From: Promethearchaeota archaeon
GTDB taxonomy: Archaea; Asgardarchaeota; Odinarchaeia; Odinarchaeales; JBHLKK01
Length of the DNA: 10,413 bases
Direction of reading: 5' to 3'
Assembly (NCBI GenBank): GCA_048939465.1
Contig: JBHLPL010000067.1
Coordinates: forward strand, 1-10,413
Position 1 is the first letter of the stretch, and the number at the start of each line of letters is the position of its first letter. The translations under genes and the position numbers were made by a program. The notes beneath the pieces are model-generated. The model ran no database searches. It was not told where the DNA came from and saw nothing but the letters and a program-made list of their open reading frames with translations. Shown piece by piece: positions 1-7,723 of the stretch.

Positions 1-16
1 AAGCAATTATGAGTAC

Positions 17-778
17 ATGAATGAGAAGATTCAGAGAATCATAGAAACATTTGTCAAAGGCTATAAGATCGAGCTCGAAACCGCGACCAGCTGGTATGAA
101 CCGCTGGTAGCCTTTGCGGATGCCCACGATCCACTGTTTAACGAAATGAAATCAGTTGTGGACTCTTCTCACAACACTCCGACTGAATTATTGGAAGATG
201 CTGAAACAGTAGTTTCTTACTTCATCCCTTTTGAAAAAGGGATCGCCCTGAGCAATGCCGGGGGGAAGAGTGCCTCAAGAGAGTGGGCAACAGCTTATAT
301 CGAAACCAACAGACTAATCGCAGACCTTAACAGCCATTTAGCAGCAAGATTGGAAGAGATGGGTTTCAAATCCGTTATTCTTCCAGCGACTCATAATTTC
401 GATAAAAAGATGTTGATTAGTAATTGGTCTCACAAGCATGTTGCGTTTGTTGCAGGACTGGGTGGTTTCGGGTTACACAAGATGCTTATAACTGAAAGAG
501 GCTGCTGCGGAAGGCTAGGAAGTTTGATAACCGATGCAGAAACAACACCTACAAGAAGGCCAAACAAAGAATTCTGCCTATATAATCACGATAGGTCTTG
601 CAAGAAATGTGTGGAGAAATGCACATTTGGAGCGTTGACCGATGAATCGTATGATAGGCGCAAATGTTATTCAGTCTGTGAAGCAAACTCCAGGTTGCAT
701 TCAGGTTTAGGACTGGCAGATGTTTGCGGGAAATGCGTGTGTGTGGTTCCATGTTCATTTAGCAATCCCTTAACTTAG
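17..778 (+). CDS. QueG (epoxyqueuosine reductase)-like / reductive-dehalogenase-related iron-sulfur protein
   Basis: 253-aa ORF. It has HKHVAFVAGLGGFGLHKMLIT and GRLGSLIT motifs typical of the QueG/RdhA-like superfamily, followed by two Cys clusters (FCLYNHDRSCKKCVEKCTFGAL and KCYSVC...VCGKCVCVVPCS) consistent with two [4Fe-4S] clusters. True QueG function is not established, so no symbol is given. Confidence 0.75.
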   Translation: MNEKIQRIIETFVKGYKIELETATSWYEPLVAFADAHDPLFNEMKSVVDSSHNTPTELLEDAETVVSYFIPFEKGIALSNAGGKSASREWATAYIETNRLIADLNSHLAARLEEMGFKSVILPATHNFDKKMLISNWSHKHVAFVAGLGGFGLHKMLITERGCCGRLGSLITDAETTPTRRPNKEFCLYNHDRSCKKCVEKCTFGALTDESYDRRKCYSVCEANSRLHSGLGLADVCGKCVCVVPCSFSNPLT

Positions 779-840
779 GAAAGCCTCCAGGTGCCTACGA
801 GGTTCTTATTAGAGGGCATCTTCCGGAGGATAGAAGACGT

Positions 841-851
841 TAAGCTTAAAA
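841..851 (+). promoter_or_regulatory. possible TATA element upstream of the 7-TM gene
   Basis: TAAGCTTAAAA in an AT-rich intergenic stretch about 70-130 nt before the candidate starts; a weak, motif-only call. Confidence 0.3.
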
Positions 852-918
852 TCAATAAGAAACATAATAAAAGTCCAGCGAGGCGTAGACAAGGCGGGGA
901 GAGGGTCCCTGCAGATAG

Positions 919-1950
919 ATGGAGACAGGGAGGCGTTCTTTAGGAAAGGGCAAATACGTGCTGGAGGTATCTCTAAGGGTGTATATAGCAGCTATTCTAG
1001 CTCTTGCTTTTGCACTATTAATCGCACCCTGGTCAGCCGTAACCGCACTGTTTTTCAGGCATCACCGACACAATCCGAACAAGGTCGTCAGAGTAATACT
1101 ATGGTTTTTGGTGACATTGAACGCAGCGCTTGCTTTTGTCTCCAGCTATTTCATAACGGGTATGCTGGGATACAGTGATGAATTAGGGCGTTCGATGTTG
1201 TTCAAGCTGTTCGATATAGCCAGCATGTTAATGATAGTATTTCAAACGCTGCTGCTTACCTACTTGATCATTCCCAGATACAAGCGTCTGACGCTACTCG
1301 CTGTTGGAATCTGGATTTGCGTAAGCGCCTTTGAGTTGATAACAGGACTTGAAACACGGATCATAGTAATAGATTCTATCCAATTCGTTCACGTTCTCAG
1401 ACCACTGGCATTAAGCGTATGGCTTTTCATATACTATGTTCTTCCTTTCGGAACCTACGGAATGGCGCTGTTCTTGTTTAGCCAAAGACTGAACGAAGGA
1501 ATCCTAAGAAATAGAATTAGAATGCTGAGTTTTGGATACTTCTTCTCTGCGGTGGTGGGCTTTGAGATCTCAATTGGCTTTCATCTTCCACTGATTCCGA
1601 TGGTGATATCTGGAGCCTTAGCCATTGCATCAGCTTTGATCTTTGTCACTTTATTGTATTGCAGTATTTTCAGGGGAGAAGAACTCCTCAGACTGTTTTC
1701 GTTTGAAGGAGCTTTGCGGCTGGATCCGATGTCAAAGGACTCTCGTCTGTGTGCCCTTCTGGCAACCTATACGTCGAGAAAAGGAGAATGTGAGTTCTAT
1801 GATACAGCCCTTAGATCTAAGTGCAGGCTGGAGCCGTCATCTTATCATCTTCATGATTGTGAAGGCAGATGCTTTGTCGATGGAGTCGTTTGTACTTTAA
1901 TCTACCGACGCTCTAAGGATCTAGAAAGCAAGTCAGACCGGACTCGATAA
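919..1950 (+). CDS. 7-TM integral membrane protein (HisKA_7TM-like sensor architecture) with C-terminal six-Cys putative metal-binding domain
   Basis: 343-aa ORF with seven hydrophobic segments. Basic loops (RHHRHNPNK, PRYKR, RNRIR) imply N-out/C-in topology, and a longer polar loop lies between TM4 and TM5. The soluble C-terminus has C-x12-C-x10-C-x11-C-x3-C-x6-C. The start may instead be GTG at 979, which follows GGAGGT at 963-968. Confidence 0.8.
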   Translation: METGRRSLGKGKYVLEVSLRVYIAAILALAFALLIAPWSAVTALFFRHHRHNPNKVVRVILWFLVTLNAALAFVSSYFITGMLGYSDELGRSMLFKLFDIASMLMIVFQTLLLTYLIIPRYKRLTLLAVGIWICVSAFELITGLETRIIVIDSIQFVHVLRPLALSVWLFIYYVLPFGTYGMALFLFSQRLNEGILRNRIRMLSFGYFFSAVVGFEISIGFHLPLIPMVISGALAIASALIFVTLLYCSIFRGEELLRLFSFEGALRLDPMSKDSRLCALLATYTSRKGECEFYDTALRSKCRLEPSSYHLHDCEGRCFVDGVVCTLIYRRSKDLESKSDRTR

Positions 1951-1986
1951 GAAACAAAAAATAGGGGAAGGGAGGAAGGGGAGCCC
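1951..1986 (-). terminator. pyrimidine-rich/T-tract terminator of the secreted-protein gene (convergent junction)
   Basis: The minus strand just after the stop reads GGGCTCCCCTTCCTCCCTTCCCCTATTTTTTGTTTC, a C-rich run followed by T6, typical of archaeal intrinsic terminators. Confidence 0.6.
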
Positions 1987-3459
1987 TTACTTGCTTCTTT
2001 TCCTTACGAGAACGACTACAGCAACGGCTATGACTGCAATGCCTCCAAAAACCGCAACAAGAAATATCGGACTATCGAGAAATCCTCCTGGTCCTTCGCC
2101 GGTATAGGCGACGAAGGTTGGGTCGTGAACGACTCTCATTCCATACCACTGTGGATACGATACTATGTAGAAGGCGTCTGAACCACCAATGCCCATGTCT
2201 ACTATGTCTCCAAGAGTGGTTGCATTTGCAGCTATTTGGGGGCTAAGGTAAAGCGCAACAAACGGCATGGGTGTTGCCACGAGCATCTGGATCTGAAGTA
2301 AGGCATTATTCTTGTAATCGGTTACAGGGTAAAGAACGGTCTTTGCTTGGTAGGTTCCATTCAGGCCTCCGGTTGCGTTGTAGAGCTTATAGTCTTCTTT
2401 GCTTCCAAAGTCTGTTTCAAAAACCTTCTCAGAGCCAATCAATGTTTCAAGCGTATCGTTGTGGGCAAACCTGTAAGCGTTTGTGCCAACCGACGTGTCA
2501 TTATTATGACTTCTAATGGTGTAGGCTTGGCCAACCGTTATCGCAAGTTGGTAACTCACAATCCCTATGCTCATATTCCAAGCTTCAAGCTGCTCAGTCA
2601 CAGTCGGTGATGAACTATCGTTGTAGATATCCCATCCCAACGGAGTAGGTATCATTCCTCCTGACCAGCTCAGAACGTAGAGATTCGTGCACCTTCCGAT
2701 TTCGTAGTTTGTCGAAATCGTTGCAGTGTGATTGTCTGTGTCAAACGTGAGCGTATAGTTGAAGGTAAGTCCTTCGTAAACAGCAATTGCCCTGAATCCA
2801 TGGTCGCCACCTACTTCGACATTCCACCAAAGCGACACAAGATCCTCGTATTTCATGCCCCATTGCCACACGTTGCCTCCAGAGGAAGACGTAAGCGGGT
2901 ACGTAGTCACAGAAGTTGCAGGAAGAGTTCCATTTGTCCCGAAATAATCCCCACCAAAGCCTAAGGACAATGATACGTAGAGATCGTCGGTGGGATCTGG
3001 GATTCCAGGAATACCGATGATTGAATCATTGAAGACCCCAACAGTTACGAAGTTGTTAAGAACGAACACATCAAAACCACTCGGCGAATAGAAGTGAGAC
3101 AGTATAGCCTGCATCGGAATTGTGCCATTATAGTCCATAAGTCCGCTTCTTACAGACCAGTTCAGGAGGCCCATATAAAACATCTGGTAATCGTACTTGT
3201 TCACATACGCATTGTACGTAAAGATGCTTACGTTGTTCAGGCCCATCCCTACTGGATCAACCCCGTAGGATACAAGTATCGGGCTTATGACGTCTGCCAC
3301 CCAGTCGACCTCATTGCTCCAGGACTCCTCGTTGAAGCCATGTCCTATATACGGTGAGGGGTCCGGAAGGGGGATCGCCATTGCTGGTGTTACTGCCGCG
3401 AAAGAAAGTAGAGCAAGCAGTACAATTGAGACTGTCGTCAAAGTATGTTTTCTTCTCAT
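1987..3459 (-). CDS. secreted, C-terminally membrane-anchored cell-surface (glyco)protein of unknown function
   Basis: 490 aa with an N-terminal signal peptide (MRRKH + hydrophobic core + PAMA), about 14 N-x-S/T sequons, and a beta-rich, aromatic-rich body. The C-terminus has YPQWYGMRVVHDPTFVAY, a Gly/Pro linker, a TM helix and the basic tail RKRSK. RBS AAGGTG lies 5 nt before the ATG. Confidence 0.85.
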   Translation of the reverse strand: MRRKHTLTTVSIVLLALLSFAAVTPAMAIPLPDPSPYIGHGFNEESWSNEVDWVADVISPILVSYGVDPVGMGLNNVSIFTYNAYVNKYDYQMFYMGLLNWSVRSGLMDYNGTIPMQAILSHFYSPSGFDVFVLNNFVTVGVFNDSIIGIPGIPDPTDDLYVSLSLGFGGDYFGTNGTLPATSVTTYPLTSSSGGNVWQWGMKYEDLVSLWWNVEVGGDHGFRAIAVYEGLTFNYTLTFDTDNHTATISTNYEIGRCTNLYVLSWSGGMIPTPLGWDIYNDSSSPTVTEQLEAWNMSIGIVSYQLAITVGQAYTIRSHNNDTSVGTNAYRFAHNDTLETLIGSEKVFETDFGSKEDYKLYNATGGLNGTYQAKTVLYPVTDYKNNALLQIQMLVATPMPFVALYLSPQIAANATTLGDIVDMGIGGSDAFYIVSYPQWYGMRVVHDPTFVAYTGEGPGGFLDSPIFLVAVFGGIAVIAVAVVVLVRKRSK

Positions 3460-3497
3460 ATTGGCACCTTTTCGGTGTTTTATTAGTCTGTACTATA

Positions 3498-3521
3498 ATA
3501 TTTGTTTTTCACAAATATATA
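3498..3521 (-). promoter_or_regulatory. candidate TATA box (TATATATT) overlapped by an 8-bp perfect inverted repeat
   Basis: ATATTTGT (3498-3505)-N5-ACAAATAT (3511-3518). The minus-strand TATATA at 3521-3516 lies about 60 nt upstream of the ATG at 3459. Confidence 0.45.
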
Positions 3522-3646
3522 CTATGGGGTTGAGACTTTTTGAGACAATGATGAAAACACATTGGACAAATCGCAAGTATTCCTGAACTTTTCTTAAAAA
3601 CCCGACTTTACGAGAGTAGACAGTCTGGAGCTGAAGTCTTGAGACA

Positions 3647-4750
3647 TTATACTGCTCTGAAATAGTCGCTTATGTATTTCTGCATCTTTTGCTCTTTGGC
3701 AAAGTTTGAGATCTTTACCCCCACTCTCCTTATTTCGAGCTCAGACTCTCTGATGAGCTTGCCAAAAAGCTCTTCAACAGCTGCATTCATAATATCCAGC
3801 TCACTTGCGGGACTTTCAAGGGATTTTGATCTACTAAGTGTGCCTAGATCCTCCATAATCGCAATTACTCCCACGGTCTTGAAGAGCAAAGCTAATTCAA
3901 TAAGCTCTGAGTGGATATCTTTGCTCAGCTTTCTTGTTTCTTCAAGAATAACCTCCAAATCTCGTGTATTCTCCTTAAGGGTGGAAATCCTACTGAGGGA
4001 TTTGACTTGATCTCTTTCTTGAACACGGTCATTGCCTATCCCCAATGAGGCATTCCGAAAATAGGTTCCTAAGTTCCTTCCGAAGATTTTGACTAATCTC
4101 TGTACATCATACTTCGACAGATCACCTATCGTTTTGATTCCAAGCTCTTCCATTTTCCTAACAGTCTTGGACCCAATGCCAATGATGCGACCTACAGGCA
4201 AAGGAGACAGGAATTTCTGGACTCTTTCGGGCTTTACAACGGTCAGTCCGTCAGGTTTTTTTACGTCTGCGGCAATCTTGGCTATGAGCTTATTCGGTCC
4301 AACCCCAATTGAACACGTCAATTTCTCCTGATCTTTTATCGCCTTCTTTACCTTTCTTGCGAGCCTTCTTGCTCTCTCAAAATCTCCTCTGACTTTCCTG
4401 CTTACATCCAGGTAGGCTTCATCTATTCCGACTTGCTCAAAGTGATCTGCGTAGCTCCTAAGAATCTTCATTATTCTCCTCGAGACCTCCCCATAATAAG
4501 CGTGATCTACAGGCAGGAATACCGCTTCTACGTCCTTAAGTTTGGCCTTAGCAGAATATATAGGAATGCCTGACTTAACGCCGTGTTTTCTGGCTATGTA
4601 GTTTGCCGTGCCTACAGCGCCGCTGTCTTCAGTTCGGCCTGAATACACCCCCACAACTACTGGCTTGTCTTTGATGGTTGGGTTCCTGATCTCCTCACAC
4701 TGCGCGTAGAAGTAATCCAAATCCATCAGCATTATTATCTTGGTTTGCAA
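3647..4750 (-). CDS. dinB: Y-family DNA polymerase IV (DinB/Dpo4)
   Basis: Motifs MDLDYFYAQ (Dpo4-like, Tyr steric gate), YIARKHGVKSG, GIDEAYLD, GVGPNKLIAKIAADVKKPDG, HhH GIGSKT, little-finger RRVGVKIS and C-terminal PIP-box QKYISDYF. The start is moved from the ORF-track 4774 to TTG at 4750 because GGAGGTGG (4764-4757) sits 6 nt upstream; product about 367 aa. Confidence 0.95.
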   Translation of the reverse strand: MQTKIIMLMDLDYFYAQCEEIRNPTIKDKPVVVGVYSGRTEDSGAVGTANYIARKHGVKSGIPIYSAKAKLKDVEAVFLPVDHAYYGEVSRRIMKILRSYADHFEQVGIDEAYLDVSRKVRGDFERARRLARKVKKAIKDQEKLTCSIGVGPNKLIAKIAADVKKPDGLTVVKPERVQKFLSPLPVGRIIGIGSKTVRKMEELGIKTIGDLSKYDVQRLVKIFGRNLGTYFRNASLGIGNDRVQERDQVKSLSRISTLKENTRDLEVILEETRKLSKDIHSELIELALLFKTVGVIAIMEDLGTLSRSKSLESPASELDIMNAAVEELFGKLIRESELEIRRVGVKISNFAKEQKMQKYISDYFRAV

Positions 4751-4756
4751 CTGCTT

Positions 4757-4764
4757 CCACCTCC
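4757..4764 (-). promoter_or_regulatory. Shine-Dalgarno site of dinB
   Basis: GGAGGTGG, 6 nt upstream of the in-frame TTG at 4750. Confidence 0.75.
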
Positions 4765-4924
4765 GAATTGACAAATCCTAGCGGATAGTCCCCAATCATT
4801 TCAAGCCAGCGTCTACCTGTGGTCTCAAACCCAGTCTTTCGCTTTTTCCTCCTTGCGACTTCAAAAGATATTTTCCTTCTTAAGTCTCAAGAATTTCCCC
4901 ATTTGCTAGGATATACTCTTATCG

Positions 4925-4940
4925 TTTATAACTTGTTTTC
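4925..4940 (-). promoter_or_regulatory. BRE-TATA promoter candidate for dinB
   Basis: The minus strand reads GAAAACAAG-TTATAAA (purine-rich BRE plus TATA); predicted TSS near 4902. Confidence 0.55.
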
Positions 4941-5010
4941 TGGACCTTTCGGAAGACAGCCTTTTCGTACGTCCGGTTGATGTATCCGGAGAGGGTATAG
5001 AAAACCAGGC

Positions 5011-5036
5011 AGAAAAATGAAATAAAAAAAGAGGGG
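5011..5036 (-). terminator. T-tract terminator of subtilase 1
   Basis: The minus strand reads CCCCTCTTTTTTTATTTCATTTTTCT about 50 nt after the stop, with the same CCCCT-n-T6/7 pattern as the 1951-1967 terminator. Confidence 0.65.
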
Positions 5037-5083
5037 ATAATATGTTGCGCTACGTTTTGCCTATGTTGAGACTGCCTTAGACG

Positions 5084-7717
5084 CTAAACTTTCACGTAGT
5101 CGGCCATGTAGTAATAATCGAACAGTTTGTCATAGACCCAAACTACAGCTACGCCGTGCACTTTCTTGGGTATTTTAACCCACCCAGTCCAATGATGGAT
5201 GTATATAGATCTGCACCAGATAGGCTCCGAATCGGCGAAGTAGATTATTCTTAACGTATAATATTCACTCCTTCCGAAATAGACGGTATAACCATCGATC
5301 AAGAATGTATAGTCTCCGGGTCCCACGATTGTTGTAACTTCTGGTGAAGCCCCAGTTGCTCCTTCAACGTTATAGCCTTCAGGTCCAACGATGATGAGGT
5401 CCAGATCGCTGGTAGCCCACTTGGTCCAGTCTAGTTTCCACGATAGTTCAACGATGGCCCAGCCAGCCTCATCTGGGATGGTGAAACTATAAATGTCCAG
5501 CTCGCCTTCCTTGATTTTGCCTTTAGCCGTTATGATGGTGCCGGGATAGACGCATACATCGGCCGCTACGCTTTCACAGCCGTAGCTTGAGATGTATAGC
5601 CATCCTCCGTGTGCAAGAGCTCTGACTTCAACAACTTCAATGGTTATCTCCTCGATGGAAACTGGACCATAAGAGGAGAAGTCTCCTGAAAGAACTAGCC
5701 TTACCAATCCGGGTTGGAAGGTAAAATCGGATGATACCTGGATTATCGCATCTCCGTAGAAGTAATAACCGGCAAAAAGGTAGTCCTCAACGCCTTCTCG
5801 GACAGCTGAGCTGAGGTAAACGACTCCTGCGTCGCCAAAGAGTGGATTCTGATTCTCTGAAAACTCAACCCCAGAGAGAGTTATTCGAATGGCGTCAACC
5901 TGATCACTTACCCAGAAGGCGAAATACTCGTACTTGCCAGGATCAAGAGTTACATCTTTGATTGTGGTCTTGCCACACCTCAGTCTGAGTGTCTCAATGG
6001 GCGGATACCACCAGTTAAAGCAGAATCTTCCTGTGCCTCTGCAGTGACAATCGTTGCTATCTTCAGCCATATCCGCGAGAACTGCAAGTGAGTCTTCACA
6101 GTTGAGATAGCCTGATCCTTGCTCAAAGTCGGCAAAGCCTGGGATTGGATCGGCTCCTTCCATGATAGCTTCCTTGATCTCTTTAGGTCCAAGATCCCAA
6201 CCGTTCATCTTAATGTATGCAGTCAGCAGCGCAGCTGCTCCGGCTACCTGGGGACATGAGAATGATGTTCCGCCCGCTAGCCAAAGCGTGTACGGGTAAT
6301 CGGAAGGTATGCTTCCAAAGAAGGTCCAAGATCCCGTGGCAACAACGTCTGGTTTCACTCTACCGTCAGATGTCGGACCACGACTGCTGAAGTCTACAAT
6401 ACCGAATTCTTCGTCTGGATAGTAGAAATACCCATAGCTATAGGGGAATCCATATCCACTGAGGACGATGCTACCAAATACTCGTTCATGGATTGGATCC
6501 ATCGCAGCGCCTACGGTGATTGCACTCTTAGCGGTGCCGGGTGAGCCCACACGTAACGTGGCGGGGCCTTCATTGCCAGCTGCCACAACTACGGTTATAC
6601 CCAGCTCCGTTGCGGCGTCCACGAGTAGATCCTCTGGGGCCATTCCGGGAGCGCCGCAGCCACCGCCGAGACTCATACTGATGACGTCGACCCCCTCGTC
6701 AATTGCAGCATCGATTCCTGCCATCACCATTGACGTGGGAACTCCGCCACCTGTGTGGTCAAAGACCTTAACTGCATAGATTTCAGCGTTGGGGGCTATG
6801 CCCCAGCATTCGACCCATTTTGTGCCTGACACGTTGGTAGATCCTTCAGGGTCCCATTGATATATCGACTCACCCCAAGAATGACCTTCTGGGAAACCAA
6901 TCGCTACATGGGCTGCAATGAGGGCAGCACAGCCTGAGCCATGCCAGTGATTATTGGGATTTCCATACCCCTCGTACGTGGAATTTCCAACATCATAACT
7001 GAGGTCGATCCCGCCGTATACAGCAGGATAGTACCAACTGAGATACCCAACAGGGCCATAATCACCGTCCACTACGCGCATCTCTTCGTCCCAGCAACCT
7101 GTGTCAATAATGGCTATCCTGATTCCTTCTCCGCCGTTAACTTCTGCCCAAATCTGGTCGGCCTTCGTCAAATAGGGATTTGTGTACGTGGAAGGCACAG
7201 CATCCATCATTCTAGTATCGAGCAGGTTAACCTCTATCCCTAGATCTTCAGTCATCAGCCGTTCTAGTGGCATGATCTCTTTGGAGGACATTAGATAACG
7301 TTCAGTGTCCAGGTATATTCTTACAACAAGGGAACTGGCAGCCAAATCAAGGAGTGCGCTTGCAGGAATAGTGACAGCAAGAGCTTCTATGTTATTAAAC
7401 GCATATGTAACGGTTCCTCCGAGGCTTTCGATCAGCGAAGTTAGCTGAGCGTAGTCATGGGTTGTTGTCTGAACAATGACACTGACTGGAGTAGCTCCTT
7501 GCTCTAGGAGGCCTGCTACGCCTGTTGTCAGTTTTTCCAGTGGCGTAGAGGCCGCTACTTGTGTTAAATTCACTTCTGTTTGCAATGATCCCTGACCGTT
7601 GAGACTGCTAAGTACGCCAGAACCAGCCAAAGCAAATGAGGAAAGCATCAGCGTCATTATTACTAGGCTTACAGAGAGCTTTTTGTTCCTTATCAAGCCT
7701 GTGAATAGTATGTTCAC
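5084..7717 (-). CDS. large secreted S8 (subtilisin-like) serine protease, paralog 1, with I9-like propeptide and C-terminal PPC-like beta domains
   Basis: Asp IAIIDTG (7103-7105), His HWHGSGC (6941-6943), oxyanion AAGNEG and Ser GGTSFSCP (6263-6265). It also has a signal peptide, a propeptide (VSVIVQT...ALAVTIP) and a PPC-like SWKLDW...SDLDLIIVGP...GPGDYTFLIDG, with no C-terminal TM. The ORF-track start (GTG 7750) lies inside the leader hairpin; GTG 7717 is preferred because AGAGGGAGA lies 6 nt upstream exactly as for paralog 2. TTG 7696 is an alternative. Confidence 0.93.
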   Translation of the reverse strand: MNILFTGLIRNKKLSVSLVIMTLMLSSFALAGSGVLSSLNGQGSLQTEVNLTQVAASTPLEKLTTGVAGLLEQGATPVSVIVQTTTHDYAQLTSLIESLGGTVTYAFNNIEALAVTIPASALLDLAASSLVVRIYLDTERYLMSSKEIMPLERLMTEDLGIEVNLLDTRMMDAVPSTYTNPYLTKADQIWAEVNGGEGIRIAIIDTGCWDEEMRVVDGDYGPVGYLSWYYPAVYGGIDLSYDVGNSTYEGYGNPNNHWHGSGCAALIAAHVAIGFPEGHSWGESIYQWDPEGSTNVSGTKWVECWGIAPNAEIYAVKVFDHTGGGVPTSMVMAGIDAAIDEGVDVISMSLGGGCGAPGMAPEDLLVDAATELGITVVVAAGNEGPATLRVGSPGTAKSAITVGAAMDPIHERVFGSIVLSGYGFPYSYGYFYYPDEEFGIVDFSSRGPTSDGRVKPDVVATGSWTFFGSIPSDYPYTLWLAGGTSFSCPQVAGAAALLTAYIKMNGWDLGPKEIKEAIMEGADPIPGFADFEQGSGYLNCEDSLAVLADMAEDSNDCHCRGTGRFCFNWWYPPIETLRLRCGKTTIKDVTLDPGKYEYFAFWVSDQVDAIRITLSGVEFSENQNPLFGDAGVVYLSSAVREGVEDYLFAGYYFYGDAIIQVSSDFTFQPGLVRLVLSGDFSSYGPVSIEEITIEVVEVRALAHGGWLYISSYGCESVAADVCVYPGTIITAKGKIKEGELDIYSFTIPDEAGWAIVELSWKLDWTKWATSDLDLIIVGPEGYNVEGATGASPEVTTIVGPGDYTFLIDGYTVYFGRSEYYTLRIIYFADSEPIWCRSIYIHHWTGWVKIPKKVHGVAVVWVYDKLFDYYYMADYVKV

Positions 7718-7723
7718 CTTTTC

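Noticed and set aside
3465-3477. CACC-GAAAA-GGTG hairpin occluding the surface-protein RBS (thermometer-like)
   Set aside because: Only 4 bp, too weak to support without data.
4751-4774. ORF-track N-terminal extension of dinB (TTG 4774)
   Set aside because: It contains the GGAGGTGG RBS itself; TTG 4750 has ideal spacing and gives a Dpo4-like N-terminus.
3637-4892. dinB as cargo of a transposon bounded by 9-bp inverted repeats
   Set aside because: There is no transposase and no flanking direct repeat, and the promoter lies outside the right repeat. The repeat is kept only as part of the heptamer finding.
4775-4912. 8-bp inverted repeat ATCCTAGC/GCTAGGAT as a possible MITE or long-range RNA stem
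   Set aside because: There is no target-site duplication and no extension of the repeat, and one arm lies upstream of the predicted TSS, so it would not be transcribed.
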